Assembly (NCBI GenBank): GCA_021613535.1
Contig: CP075492.1
Location: 2,852,001-2,916,000 of the forward strand
From: Adineta vaga
Taxonomy: Eukaryota > Animalia > Rotifera
Reading direction: 5' to 3'
Length of the DNA stretch: 64,000 nt
Part shown: in pieces, positions 49,799 through 63,762 of the stretch
How the letters are laid out: every line of letters begins with the position of its first letter
Position numbering within the stretch: position 1 is the first letter of the stretch
The notes under the pieces: generated by a model
What the model was told of the DNA's origin: nothing
Seen by the model: only the letters and a program-made list of their open reading frames with translations
The model's database searches: none
Position numbers and translations under genes: made by a program

Positions 49799-50911
49799 TT
49801 AAAATATCGAATAATTAGAAAGATAAAAACTATAATTTGAATAAAATTCAAAAAGATTTTGATAAAACCATTTTGAAGACATATCTTGTTTAAAAACTTG
49901 AATATAATTAATGAAATTTTGTTTATCTGAAGAGGAAAGATTCTTTGAGAGAAAACATTGAAATTCTTCATTGAAATTTCCTTTGAGAATTTGACAAAAA
50001 GATTTTCGAAAGATTTGTTCCATAAGAAATCGTTTTTTCTTCCATAATTGTTTAACATTATGAACAATAAATTGTTTTGTATGAAATAATGTTTGAGAAT
50101 AGGGTGCTGGTTGATAATTTTTTGGATATGATCGTAATTTCCAATATCTTGGTAATTTATCAATTCCATTGAATGGTTTTGCAAATTGTTCATATAACCA
50201 TAAGTATCTTTGCTCAGGATTATTAATTGTTAATCGAATAAATCGATTCAAAGTATCGGAAAGACCAAAACCAGTTATATCAATTAAAATTCGTGATGAA
50301 ACATCATAAAAAAGTGTATTTGTTGTATATTCATTAACATAAATCGGAATATCTTTTCGTAATTGAAATGGATAACTTTCAAATGTATTATTGAATTCTT
50401 TAGGACCTAAAATTAAATGACCAGTTGAGAAAAAATAACATTGACCGAAAAGATTTTTAAGAATTTGATTTTGACATAAAATTTTCATTTGAGATTTTTT
50501 ACAAAAATATTCAGCATCAATATCGTTTGGTTTTAAATTAAGAATTAAATCTCGAATAGCTCCACCATGAATAAACATTTCACAATTTAACGAAGAAAAT
50601 ATTGAAAATAGATTTCCAAATGTAAGTTTATTTAAACCAGGAGCTTGTTCATCTTCAATAATATGTTGAAATAAATTTGAAAATGTTTTCGATTGATAAT
50701 ATTTTGTTTGATTATAAAATTCTTTTTTATCCTTTCCTTTTCGTTTAGAATTAAAATATTCTTGAGAAACTTCTCGAAATTGTTCTAAATCTCGTTTATC
50801 TCTTAATAAAAATTCATCGGAATTTTCATGGCGAAATTTCAGTTTTAATCGATAACAATCAATCAATTGGTTGATTAATAAAAGGAATAAAATCAATCGT
50901 TTTTCTTTCAT
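49799..50911 (-). CDS. Predicted secreted protein with a class II nucleotidyltransferase (PcnB/CCA-like) head domain
   Basis: Signal peptide MKEKRLILFLLLINQLIDC; MFIHGGAIRDLILNLKPNDID (motif A); EYTTNTLFYD (similar to DFTINALYYD); IDITGFGLSD. Confidence 0.75.
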   Translation of the reverse strand: MKEKRLILFLLLINQLIDCYRLKLKFRHENSDEFLLRDKRDLEQFREVSQEYFNSKRKGKDKKEFYNQTKYYQSKTFSNLFQHIIEDEQAPGLNKLTFGNLFSIFSSLNCEMFIHGGAIRDLILNLKPNDIDAEYFCKKSQMKILCQNQILKNLFGQCYFFSTGHLILGPKEFNNTFESYPFQLRKDIPIYVNEYTTNTLFYDVSSRILIDITGFGLSDTLNRFIRLTINNPEQRYLWLYEQFAKPFNGIDKLPRYWKLRSYPKNYQPAPYSQTLFHTKQFIVHNVKQLWKKKRFLMEQIFRKSFCQILKGNFNEEFQCFLSKNLSSSDKQNFINYIQVFKQDMSSKWFYQNLFEFYSNYSFYLSNYSIF

Positions 50912-51229
50912 TGATCAATTTTCTAAAAAAAGAACAAAAAGAAAATCTAGTTCAAGTTTTGTGATTTATTTTCGAAATGATATTAAATAGTTGAATGTGC
51001 ATTTATATTCGAATTCGAAGTAGAACGATTATCGTTTATTTTGTCGTTCACCGTTCTACTTCACTGATTTTTTTTCTCTTTAGATTAGTTTATAACTTTC
51101 GATCAATTCAAATATACTTTTTTTGAAAAATGACTCTCTTTTAGTTATTTGTCTTCGTTCTAAAGATCGAGATATTGAATAAAGAAAGAGAATCAAATGA
51201 TTTTTGCTTTTTTTTATTTAATAAATCAA

Positions 51230-52192
51230 TTAAGGTTGATTTGCAACTCGAATATTTCTTTGACATTTGAAAATCTTTTTCATCTTTGATCGAAATTCTG
51301 GTAATGAAGATAAACAAACAAATGGAAAAAGTAAAGGAGTTAAATAAATACAAGTTGCAAAGAAATACATTATTGAATCTATACCATATATTGAAGTAAA
51401 ATAAAGTAATATAACACAAATTGAATAAGGAATATTAACCCAAAGATAAATAATTGCAATTAAAATCAATTGAAATATCATTGTTCGATATTTTCTCCAG
51501 TTTGTCAATTGTCTTAAACGTCTTTTCGATCGATAAACTCGAAATACAAGTGCACAATTTAATAATAAAATACATATTGTAGGAAATAATGAATGACCTC
51601 CTAATTCCCACATACCAAGTGTGATATCAAAGAAATAACATGGAAATGGACAAACATTACTTTGTTCATCAACGATATTTTCACATGGATAAATAATTAT
51701 TGTAAAGAAATAAAATATGAAAATATAAAGAATAATTAATATTGGTGGAATATAATAAAAGAAAATTTTCTTAAGTTTTTTATTAAATATATTTGAATGA
51801 AATATTAAAAGATGTCGTTCAAATGAAGACCATGCAACTAAGAGAGACATAGCTAAATAACAAGAAGTTGCAATATACCACCAAAATAAACAAGATTCTT
51901 TTGTTCGTTTAAGAATTGGATGATCAGAATATGAATCAATTCGAATTGGAAGATCAATTGATGTTGTTATAAATGAGATAAATAAGATTATTATTATACT
52001 ATAATTATTTGGCATTGTACGATGAATTTTAGTGAAAAATATAAAACCAATTGCTACAAGATAAGCAAGAATTGATGGAATTACTAAGATTAATAAAATG
52101 AAATATTTTGATCGATTGGAAAGAATTGGAGGTGAACTTTTAACTTCGACTGTTTTTGTAAAAAAGAGAATTTTAGATATATTGAAATTCAT
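51230..52192 (-). CDS. Orphan rhodopsin-like GPCR, single exon
   Basis: Seven hydrophobic segments, C at TM3, SFERHLLIFH (DRY-equivalent), PFVCL in TM7. Confidence 0.85.
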   Translation of the reverse strand: MNFNISKILFFTKTVEVKSSPPILSNRSKYFILLILVIPSILAYLVAIGFIFFTKIHRTMPNNYSIIIILFISFITTSIDLPIRIDSYSDHPILKRTKESCLFWWYIATSCYLAMSLLVAWSSFERHLLIFHSNIFNKKLKKIFFYYIPPILIILYIFIFYFFTIIIYPCENIVDEQSNVCPFPCYFFDITLGMWELGGHSLFPTICILLLNCALVFRVYRSKRRLRQLTNWRKYRTMIFQLILIAIIYLWVNIPYSICVILLYFTSIYGIDSIMYFFATCIYLTPLLFPFVCLSSLPEFRSKMKKIFKCQRNIRVANQP

Positions 52193-54079
52193 TTGAAAAT
52201 TAATAAAAAGAAGAATAACTTTAGAAACTGAATATCAAAGATGTTATAGTTGTTTTTTTTTATTATAATTATCAAAAAAAAAGATAAATTAAGAGATTTT
52301 TCTATGACACTTAACAATTTCAGAAGAAATTAATCATGCTTAAATACATCTGCTCATTAAAATAATGTCATTTAGAAATACGAATGACGTTAAACTTTTA
52401 GTTTTTTCGTCAAATTGTTCATTCAAATGAATTTCTTAGGGCCAATTTGAGAAAATAAATTGAGAACATTAACAAATGCTTTTAACCTTTATGTTAGATT
52501 TTGAAATAAGCATAAAAAATATTCCAGATCTTTATAATAAGAAAGTACTTTAAAAAAATATAGAGTTTATTTAATTATGTTAATATTACTTTTATGAACA
52601 TTTCTCCAACTTGTTGTTATCTAATTAATCTTTCATAATGATACAAAACGAACATCATTATGTTATTTACAAATGAGTTAAATGTCAAATTATCATTTTA
52701 AAGAAAGAACTGAATTCATAATTCTTTGTCGATATAATTCTAGAACTTGATCTCGCCAATTAAATCGAAATTTCGAGGTTTTACATGAAAATTTGCTCAT
52801 AGTAACATTTCAATTAGAGTATAGTTTATCTACAAAGTTTCAAAATTTCTGATTGAAACATTCCCAAGATATCGTGTTTACTGTATACAGCATTATTCGT
52901 AAAAGGTCGCGATGTCTCAGTTAAATCTCAACTTGCGCACGAACCATCTTAGAACATATCACTCCTAGACATCTCTATCTAATCATTATATCCAAGATTG
53001 AAAAGCTTTTTAACATCTTGAGTAGTTTCATCGTAGGTTAAATGAATTCTAATAAAAGAAAACTTATGAAATTTACTGTTTACTATCGATAATGATCATG
53101 AAAATCCATCTATATATTCTGTAATATTCCTAACGAAAAATAGTTGATATTCTTTATATAAATATATAACAAGTAAGTAAATTCTCAAAAGATCATATCT
53201 ATAGAGTTGTTTTTTCCACTGTTGACTTATTATTTTATATTCGCTCGGCAAATCAAATAGATTGAAATAGTAGAGAGGAGAAGATGAACTTCCTACATCG
53301 TTTTATCTTAGAGGTGTATGCCATAGAATATACATATCTATTTTTTCATTATCATACCCTCAGAAGATATCTATTTATCAGTATAAAGTATTTTTAGTTC
53401 TTGTTCTGTATGTTTTAACATATTTTCTATTTATATGGCTTTTGTGAAAACGAGATTATTCTACGTCATGTGTTTACATGAGCAAAAACTGAAATAATCA
53501 TTTTCGATGTTTTCTAACACGTCATAATACATTATTTCTTATTTTATGATCAATAAATTATGTAAAGAATTTAATCTCATTGTAAATATTCGTCTATTTA
53601 GAATAAAATCTACGTCATACATTTGAATTTCTCAAATAATCTTTGAATAAGAAACAAGGGACAGAGTGACATTCAAGACATTATTATGTGAAATATTCAG
53701 AAATAAATTCATAGAATCCTTTTCTTTACAAAATATGTCGTAGTTCTATAGTTTTCTTAATTTGATGTTCTTTTTCTCTTTCACACGAAAATATTCGGTA
53801 CTTTCCACATCTTTGCCATCATAGGCATTATTCATAGAAATTTTCTTGAAATATATAATCATTCCTGTATGCTTTTTCTTTCCATATTGTCACATCAGAT
53901 ATTCATTCAAAATTCTTGTCTCTTTCTTTTAATTCTCTAAGAAGAAAAAAAAATGTAATAAGAAACATATTAATGAAACATTTTCGATATGCGAGAAATT
54001 TCTTTTCAAGATATTTGACTTCGAATAACATTTTGTAGTTTTATCCTTAAAGTTCAAATTGATACAATCAATCGAGATC

Positions 54080-57000
54080 ATGTCTCATACACAACAACAA
54101 GTACAAGAAAATGTCAATCAAATTAATAATATGATCAGACAAGAACGTACAAACATTAATCTTTGGCCGATTACTGATATGTCTCGACATGATCAAGATA
54201 TTCATATAATTTCATTAGAAAATGTTTTACAACGTTTTCATTCGAATCAACGAACTGGTTTATCAACAAATTTTGTTACCGATGCAAGATTACATTATGG
54301 CAATAATCAATTAACACCACCTCAATTACCAAGTTATTTTTGGTTATTATTTAAACAATTATTCATGGGTTTTAATTCAATTCTTTGGGTTGGTAGTGTT
54401 CTTGCTATAATTGCTTATCAACCACTTGGAGGTTCAAATCCATCGATTACAAATTTAAGTCTTGGTATTGTACTTTTTTCGGTGATTATATGCAATGCTT
54501 TTTTGAATGTATATCAAACGTTAAAATCGATTAAAATTATCGCATCATTTTCGAAATTATTACCAAAAGCTGCTACGGTTCGTCGTGAGGGTGTAGAACA
54601 ACAGATTCCTGTTAATGATCTCGTTCCTGGAGATATTATTATTATACGAATGGGTGATATAATACCAGCTGATTGTCGATTTTTAACTTGTGAAGGATTA
54701 AAAGTAAATTTTATTTTTATTCTTTCTATTTTTTGAATATATATATATATATTTCTAGATAAGTTCAGCAGAATTAACTGGAGAAACCAAATCTATCAAA
54801 ATGACAATTGAATGTACTAGTCAAATTTTGATGGAAACAACTAATATCGGATTTTATTCTTCATCAGTTGAAGAAGGAATTGGTGAAGCAATAGTTATTG
54901 CAACAGGAGACAATACAATTTTAGGCACAATGTCTGGCACAACACAAGAAAATTCCAATAATCAAATTACAAATCTACATCGAGAAGTGAATCGTTTTGT
55001 ATTGTTTGTGATTGTTGCTGATATCATTAGTATTATCATTCTTTGGATTACTTGGGGAGGATGGTTACAATATAATCATCCAACATTTATTACTCTTACT
55101 GGAAATATTATCAATTCAATTGGTATGATTGTAAGTTTTTTACCTGTAGGTTTACCATCGGCTATAACACTTGGTAAATTACATTTGAATATTTTAATAA
55201 AGAATATTTTAATTATTTCTTTTCAGCACTTGTAATAGTAGCTAAACGAATGAGTCAACAAAAAATATTAGGAAAAAGTTTACAGATTGTGGAAAGTTTT
55301 AATTCAATTTCAGTAATAACGACAGATAAAACAGGTACATTGACTAAGAATAAATTAGTTGTAACTGACGTTCTTTGGGATATTGATGAAGAATGTAAAG
55401 TATTTGAAAATAACGAAGAAAAACCATTGAAAAAACAAAAAAAACATCGATTATCTATTATATCTCGAGAAATCTCTCATCATTCTCCATCAAAAGTCTT
55501 TCCTGCTATAGAAAAACCATCAATTAGTCAAAATAATTCCGAATCTCACAATCAATTTCGAATTGATGTATTCGATGATTTACTTCTCGGTGCGGCATTA
55601 TGTAATAATGCTAAAATACAATATGTACAAAGTTCACAAAATAATCGTAATAAAATGAGAAGAGATTCAGAATTACATGTTATTGGTGATCCTGTTGATG
55701 TTGCTCTTTATAATCTGTGTGTTTATCAATGTTTTATGTATATTGATGAAATACGTTGTTTAAATCCACGTTTAAAAACTTTGCCATTCAATTCAACGAA
55801 TAAATTTATGATTACAGCTAATCGAATTGAATTAAAGCGTAGAAAAATTGTTTTAATTACAATGAAAGGTGCACCGGAAATTATCATTCAACGTTGTTCG
55901 TCATATAAGACGAATGATGGTCAAATTTTATTATTAACAAATGAAATGAAAGAGAAATTAATCAATCGACAAGAAATGTTATGTAGGAAAAGTTATTTTA
56001 TAGATCAAAAGTATTCAATTGAAATCTGTTGTTTTTGTTTTTCAAGGTAAAAAAGGTTATCGTATAGTTGGTATGTGTCAACAAAAGTTTACGGAAATTC
56101 GTTATGATCAATCAATGGAACAATATGAAGAAAGAAAACGTTCGCAAATAATTCCTAATGATGATTTATATGGATTTCCAAAAGATAATTATTGTTTCAT
56201 GGGATTTTTCACTTTATTTGATTCTCTTCGATTTGATGTACCAGATTCTATTCATAAAATTCGTCATGCAAATATTCGTGTTGCAATGATAACTGGTGAT
56301 CATCCAACAACAGCAATAGCTATTGGTGAACAAGTTAATATCTTTTCAGAAGAAATTTCTAAACGAAATGGTATTGATACATTTCAAATAGAAGAACATG
56401 AAAATGATCAATCAATCTTTCGATTATATCGTAATGGATTATTCTTAAATGAACATGAAATGAGTCAATTAACATCATTTCATTTAACGAATAAAGCAAT
56501 AGGACTTACTGGAAATCAATTTACGGAATTGAAACCGATTTTTGATGAAGAAAAAGAAAAAGAAAAGATTCCTTATGCAATTCTAGTTTGTATCTTTTTA
56601 TTTTTCTTGTTTGATATTTAGAAATATATTTAATTGATTAGGTAACTGGTTCTCAAATCGATTTTCTCGATGATTTTATGTGGAATTGGATTTTATCTCA
56701 TCAAGAATTAATCTTTGCTCGAACATCACCAGAACAGAAATTACGAATTATCATGGAATTTCAACGACGTGGAGAAATTGTTGCAGCAATTGGTGATGGA
56801 ACTAATGATGCTTCATCATTGAAATATGCTGATCTTGGTATTGCAATGCAATCGGGAACAAATGTTTCGAAAGAAGCGAGTGATATGATTTTACTTGATG
56901 ATCAATTTTCATCGATTATTTCAGCGATTGAAACAGGTCGTCTTTTAGCAGATAATTTAAGAAAAGTTGTCATGTTTTTATTACCTGCCGGTTAGAGATT

Positions 57001-57814
57001 TCTTTTTTTCTTATAGAATAACAAAGAAATAAGATTCGATATATTTATTATAGGTTCTTGGTCAGAATTTTGGCCGATTATGTTAAATATGTGGTTAGGA
57101 ATTCCTTTATCACTAACAGCATTTTTAGCAACAATTCTTTGTGTTTTAAATGGTAAAGATAGATTTATTTAGAATATATCGAATATTTTATTTATAGATG
57201 TTGTGATATCATTGGCATTAGTTTGGGAAAAACCTGAAACAGAAATTTTATCTCGTCCTCCATTAAATCGAAATAAAAATCATTTATTAAATTGGAAATT
57301 ACTTCTTCATGCTTATTTATTTATTGGTAATATAGAATGTTTTACAGCATTTTTTTGTTATTTTTATTATTGGATTGATCATGGTATATCATTTTATTCA
57401 TTTCTATTTACTTTTGAATCATTTGGTATTAATCCTCGTACAATTTATGATCAAAATCAATTAAATCAAATGATTAATATATCACAATCAATTTATTATT
57501 GTTCATTATGTTTATTTCAAATATTTAATTTTTTTTCAATACGAACAAGATATGCATCAATTATTCAACATAATCCTTTTTGGGGTAAAAATAAAAATTT
57601 ATATGGATTAATAGCAATTCTTATTTCAATTAGTATTCAATTAATTTTTACACAAATCCTTTGGTTTAATCAAATATTTGATACAGCTCCTGTACCAATC
57701 AAATATGTAATGCCAACAATTGGATTTGGTTTCATTTGGTTATTTATTGATGAATTTAGAAAATTTTATATTCGAAAATATCCTCATAGTCTTATTTCGA
57801 AAATTGCTTGGTAA
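54080..57814 (+). CDS. P-type cation ATPase, type IIC-like (Na/K- or H/K-like), multi-exon
   Basis: YGNNQLTPP, LVPGDII, IPADCR, LTGE, DKTGTLT, MKGAPE, MITGDHP, FARTSPEQKL, GDGTND, MILLDDQF. Confidence 0.92.
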
Positions 57815-58427
57815 AATTCTTCTTAATGTGTCTATTTTTTCCTCTTGTTACTTTCATTATATATTGTGAATTATGAATTTCGACGAGATGAATTCGAAAC
57901 AGATATCCTCACGACATACAAACTAGTTTATATATCATTTTCTATCTATTCACTTCGTTTGTTTTTTGTATTCTACTATAATAAAAACGAATATCCGACA
58001 ATGAATAATGTCCATCGCTTCAAACGGGTACGAACATTAACAATATGTATATACAATTGATTGAATACCATAGAACATAAGAGATAGTAATTCTTCATTA
58101 TTTTCATACAGAACGCAAGATTTGCTGGGTATTAATCGATGAGGTTGATTGACGTCATCTGTAAAACGTTGTTAAGTTAGTAAAACGATCTATTAGGAAT
58201 AAAGAAAAAGAGGAGATTATACGTCTTTATTTTGTTAGGTTAGATGAAATGAAAATATTTGAATAAGAGAAATCGACCTCGATATCGTTTTTAATAAATT
58301 CGTCATGATGTTATACCTAAATATTTGACTAAAGAAAGCTGATAAGTGTGATGATTACTCATTTGTTATATATAAATATATTGAAAATAATCTTGTTATT
58401 TTGAAAATAGGTCAAAAGTAAAAAAAA

Positions 58428-60873
58428 ATGTTAATTCAAAGAATTGTTTTATTATTAATCATTGAAAACTGTTTATCGATTTCAAGTCCAATTAAACCAT
58501 TTACAATTTATAAATATTCTACAGAACTTCAAAAGAATGTTGCTGATCTTTGGTGGAATATTGATGAAAATGAAAAAGAAATTACATTTGAATATCATGT
58601 TAATACAACTGGTTGGATTGCTTTAGGAATTAGTTCAGGTTGAGATTGAAAATTTCATTTTGAAATTTATTTTATTCAATTTCATTTAGCCGGAGGTATG
58701 AAAGATGCAGATATTGGAATTGGATGGATTGATAATTATGGACAAGTTCATTTTCAAGTAAGATCAAATCGTTTTTTTCTTTTGTTTTCAACTTTCTCTT
58801 TTAAAAGGATCGATATTCATTTGATTTTATTCAACCAATTATTGATAATACAACAAATGATTGGATACCAATTCAAGGTAAAGAATTCAATGGATGGACA
58901 GCTATTCAATTTAAACGATTACTCGATACATGCGATACAATGGAGTTCCTATAAAAGTATTTGAAAACAATATTTTGATTACTTTTTTTATAAATATTTC
59001 ATCAAATTAGACTGGAACAAATATTTTAATCTATGCTTATGGTCTTACCGATCCAATAAATTCTGAAATAACTTATCATGGAACTCGTCGAGGTACGCGT
59101 ATAATTCCTCTTCGATCTTATGGTCAACCACCATCTGAAGATAAATTTCATAATATGGAATATTTTGATCTTCAATTAAATAATGTTTGTTTAACTAATT
59201 TGGTAGAATAAAATAAAATTTCAATAAATTTTAGTATATTATTCCATCTGATGATACAACATATCATTGTAAAATATATAAAACACCGACAAAATATTTA
59301 ACAAAACGACATGCAATTGCGGTATGTTTAAATAGTTAGAAAAAAAGAATAAGATCTTTTAAATTAATTTCATTTGAAATAGTATAAAATTTTAATTGAT
59401 AATGAAAATCTTGATGTTGTTCATCATTTACTTGTTCATGAATGTGATCCTTCATTTGAATTTAATGATACAAATCTTCCTCATGGATTATGTGATCATA
59501 TAACTGATCAAATTGAACCTTGTGCATCAAGAATTTCAACTGGATGGGCAGTTGGTGGTGATCATGTTAGATGAATTCTGAATTTCATCTTCATTCTAAT
59601 CATTTTCTTCTCATTTAGATTGTAGAATTTGCGGAAGAAGCTGGTTATCCCGTTGGTATTCATTCTCCTAATAAATATTTTATGATTCAAATGCATTATG
59701 ATAATCCAAAAAGACTTTCAAGTTAGAAAAGAAATCTTTTCAAATCAATACACTTCTTTTTTCTTATTTAGATCGTCGTGATAATTCAGGAATTCGATAC
59801 TATCTAGGTAATCAACTTCGTCAACATGATCTTGGTTATTTATCATTTGGAACTGTTTCAAATCTTCTTGGAATTATTATTCCACCTAAAATTGATCGTT
59901 TTATAATTGATTCTTATTGTCCAAGTCAAGCAACAAAAGTATATATATGAAATTATCTATCGTACTAATCATATTTCCTTTTGATGTAGAATATTCCTCA
60001 ATCTGGTTTAACAATTTTATCTGCATTTCCTCATACTCATGTACAAGGTAAATTCTAAGAGAGATTTTCGGATGAAAATAGAAAATGATTTCTTCTTCTT
60101 CTTATAGGTTTTAGTATTTGGACAAAATTAATTCGTAATAAAACAGCGATCAATTATTTATTTAATGCTGAATCATATAATTTTAATTATCAATTTGAAA
60201 ATCGTTTAGCAAAAAGAGTTCAAATTTATCCCGTAAGATTTTTCTTTGATTAAACTATTTTTTCTATTGAAGATTTTCATTTGAAATAAAAACAAAGGGT
60301 GATGAATTTGCTACAAGATGTATTTATAATACAATGAATAAAGATAATGTTACTTTGGTAAGAGAAATATTTTGTTTTTCTTTTATCAAATATAAAACCG
60401 AAATCTTTGTTTATTAAGGGTGGAGAAAAAACATCGGAAGAAATGTGTTTACATTTCTTTACTTATTATCCGAGAATGGATGGAGATTTATCTTCTTGTT
60501 ATCGAATGAATTCATATCAATCATTACAAGAGAAAATTAATGCTTCGTAAATTGAATTTCTTTTGTGATTAGTTTTGAAATCATTTTAACAAATTTTAGA
60601 GCACCATTTAATTATTTGATTGCAAAACAATGGTTATTAGATCGAAAATGGACGAAAGAATCGGCGAAAGAATGGCAAACATATCTCGATATTGTACCAC
60701 GTACAGCTGTTTTTGCTAAAGGAAATAATTGGGAAGGTGAACCTCTTGATCCTTTAGCAACTTATAAAGATTTTGAACCAATTGTTTGTCAAAAATCAAT
60801 TACAAATATTGCTGCTACTTTGATTTATCAAAATACATTTCTTATCATCTTTTTATTCAAATATGTAATATGA
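58428..60873 (+). CDS. MOXD1: DBH-like copper monooxygenase (DOMON plus Cu type II domains), many short exons, probable C-terminal anchor
   Basis: DOMON GWIALGIS..GGMKDADI; VVHHLLVHEC; IQMHYDNP; FPHTH; YNFNYQ; EEMCLHFFTYYP. Confidence 0.85.
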
Positions 60874-61074
60874 AATAAGTTCATCGAGTTAATTGAAAGA
60901 ATTAATAAATATCATTTCGAGGATGCAAATGCATTACCCCACCTACATCCCACGTCCTTCGTTTGAGCGAAGTCACAGTATATAAAGATGATGATAGTGT
61001 ACTTTTTCATGTTTATTATTAGTTCAATAAAAAAAGATTAATGTATTGTCAGTAAGCAACCCTAATCAAGAAAA

Positions 61075-61920
61075 TTATATGAACTGTATTAAGAGGAGAA
61101 AAATATTGAATGATAGGATAGATATAGAATGGAAAATAAACGAAGAGGATGAGGAATAAAATTGATTAAAGTCAAATTCTAATGTACTCAATTTATAGAT
61201 TCGATCCAAGTTTTCCAGTGAATTACATGCGTTTGTTGTACATCGGAATGTTGTCGTATCGGCTAGTCGTGTTCGATTTTCGAGGAAAAAGTAGACTTGA
61301 CGTGTTATCATGTTCTTGTATATAGATGAATCCATTGGACAACGAGCACAAATTTGATGTGGTGATTCCGTTGATAAAAGAAAACAATTGGAGCACGTAG
61401 ATAAGGGACTGGCCGTCGAAGGACAATCTGCATGAGATGAATTTGAAAATTCAAGACATGAAGTTTGTTCTGTAAATGATATGTTTTCATCGCCAAATTC
61501 AACATCTAATTGTGCAAAATTTTGTACTAGATTTAATGCTTGAAATGCTCTTAGTAGATTTGCTCGATTATTGCATTTATCTGTCGTGCAACTGTAGATA
61601 AGACGTCGACTGGAGGCCAAATGAGTATTACGTTCGATGTCAACGAAAACATAGGAGAGCGAAGAATCCCTTGGACGATATTCTTCACTAACATCATCTT
61701 CATATTCAACTAGACTCTCTTTCAAATCCCCGAGTGTTAACCATATAATTACTGCGCTACATTGTTTTTGTGATTCGACTACAGGACAGTCATCCAAAAA
61801 AGGTGGAACATTGTTGGCATCGATCCAAAAATCAACACGGTTTGAATCACATTTGTAACATTGTAAAGAAGAAACAGCATGAAATGTACCAATAAATAGT
61901 ATGTAGATCACGAACAACAT
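61075..61920 (-). CDS. Ly6/three-finger-like Cys-rich protein, probably GPI-anchored
   Basis: Signal peptide followed by LQCYKC; CTTDKCN and CTTNACN motifs; hydrophobic C-terminal tail after a Ser run. Confidence 0.7.
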   Translation of the reverse strand: MLFVIYILFIGTFHAVSSLQCYKCDSNRVDFWIDANNVPPFLDDCPVVESQKQCSAVIIWLTLGDLKESLVEYEDDVSEEYRPRDSSLSYVFVDIERNTHLASSRRLIYSCTTDKCNNRANLLRAFQALNLVQNFAQLDVEFGDENISFTEQTSCLEFSNSSHADCPSTASPLSTCSNCFLLSTESPHQICARCPMDSSIYKNMITRQVYFFLENRTRLADTTTFRCTTNACNSLENLDRIYKLSTLEFDFNQFYSSSSSFIFHSISILSFNIFLLLIQFI

Positions 61921-63762
61921 TGTTAACTGTAATAAGTTTCGTTTTACTTTTTTTCTGTGGGTTTGTCTTCTTTTTATATTCAACTGATAAACATCACTTA
62001 GATAAAGATGTGGACATATATGGTTTATACCCCACCGACAGGTCGTTCTCTCCTCTTACTTTTTATTGTATGCGAGTTTGTAAAACATTTATTGCGAAAT
62101 ATAAATGCGTATTAAGAGTTTTATTTCAGTATAATATACATACCGTGTTGAAATAAAACTCTTATGTTCTATCTAGTGACATAGACAGTAAAACATTTAT
62201 AGGTTGGATTTCATCCCCGAATAATGTCTAGAGAGGTGAACATAGTGGCGAACCAGGCAGACATATGCTAAAAGATTTTATTCTAGAGTGTGGAAAGAAT
62301 TAAGTCGCTCGACAATATCATAAAAAAACTTGTTCATCTATGGATTTTGTAGTAAAGTAAGTTATTGTGATTCAATTGAAAATAAATGCGGAGACTTCGA
62401 ATGAAATCCGGTAGTTATATATACTTGAAAAGTTAAAAATAATTAAACAAAAATAGATTTCGATCAACTCGTCTAAAAACTTTCCTGATCGTCGAGAGGG
62501 TGAGTTTACTAGAATATTATTCCAAGCTTCTTACGACGCGTTACGGTGTTTTCTCAAGAACCATCGTTGGGTAAGTTGCGAATGGAGTGTACCTGTGTTA
62601 ACAAAGGAAAATAAGTAAATAATTGTTTCTTCGACGTATGTGTGCCGAAGTTAAAAAAAGCATATTAATTAAATGAATTACGTTAAATGGTGCGAAGAAT
62701 ATGAAAGAATGATCTATCTATATATGTAAAGAAGAATGGAGTCGGTGGTCTATTATGTTTCAAACTAAATTTTAAAAAAAATTAGATTATTTTTATTCAT
62801 ACGCTGGTGGGATTAGAGGGACTTCATACGCGAAACCTCTCCAATTGTGAAAAGAGCTTAACTATCTTCATTGCAACTAACAATACCAATTGTAACAAAA
62901 AAGTATAACACTTCTTATACTTCAAGTTATTTTCTTTATTTTCATACGCGATACCCTTTCTTCCTTACCTCTTCAATTTATCTTCATACTCTACACACAA
63001 GATGTATTTCATTTATATGCATTATCGTGTCACTCTCGGATAGTTGTGTAACCTGGAAGACTTGAAGGACTAAGGGTGACGGGTGGGGGGGGGGCTGAGG
63101 AAGACAATATAAATTAAGCGAACCATTGGAATGCAATTAATAGTTGAATCATTTTCGCAAAAACTTGATCCTTCAGAGCGCTCTCAATACATTGTTACAT
63201 AATAGTAAATTTTAGTATCAAATAGTATTAAATAGTTAGGTCCCTTAAGTCTCTCTCAGTCACCAAGCCCACTTTTATCTAATGTTTCTTTATAATGAAA
63301 AAGAGTGATCATAAGTTTCAGAATATACGTCGTAATATATATTATATTCTAGTACTTCTACTCCCATCATTTTGTTTCTAATTGAAATAGAATGGATCAT
63401 TGTATGTTTTCATTGTGTAATTTCGTATGATCTTCAGTGATATTCATATTTTTCTTTATTTGTCCGACTTGATTGTGAAGGTTTGCGTTTGCAGATGCGC
63501 TCTATCTTCGGCGAATTTCATATATAAGCCATTTTCAGGCAATCGACGACCAATAATAAACGTATCGTCTTTCATAACAATAGTATTAGCAATCGTAATT
63601 GAAAAAAAATGGGTATTAACCAGAGATTTCTACTTATTCTAAACATATATATATATAATTGATTCATTGATAGTATCGTTTATAGTCACGAAACAAGTAA
63701 GTAGAAGCGATACTCTACTACAATATTTTACTTTTCAATTCTGAATAGTTCATCACATCAAT

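Noticed and set aside
53455-53625. Three ACGTCA (CRE-like) half-sites upstream of the ATPase
   Set aside because: Short motifs with no independent support.
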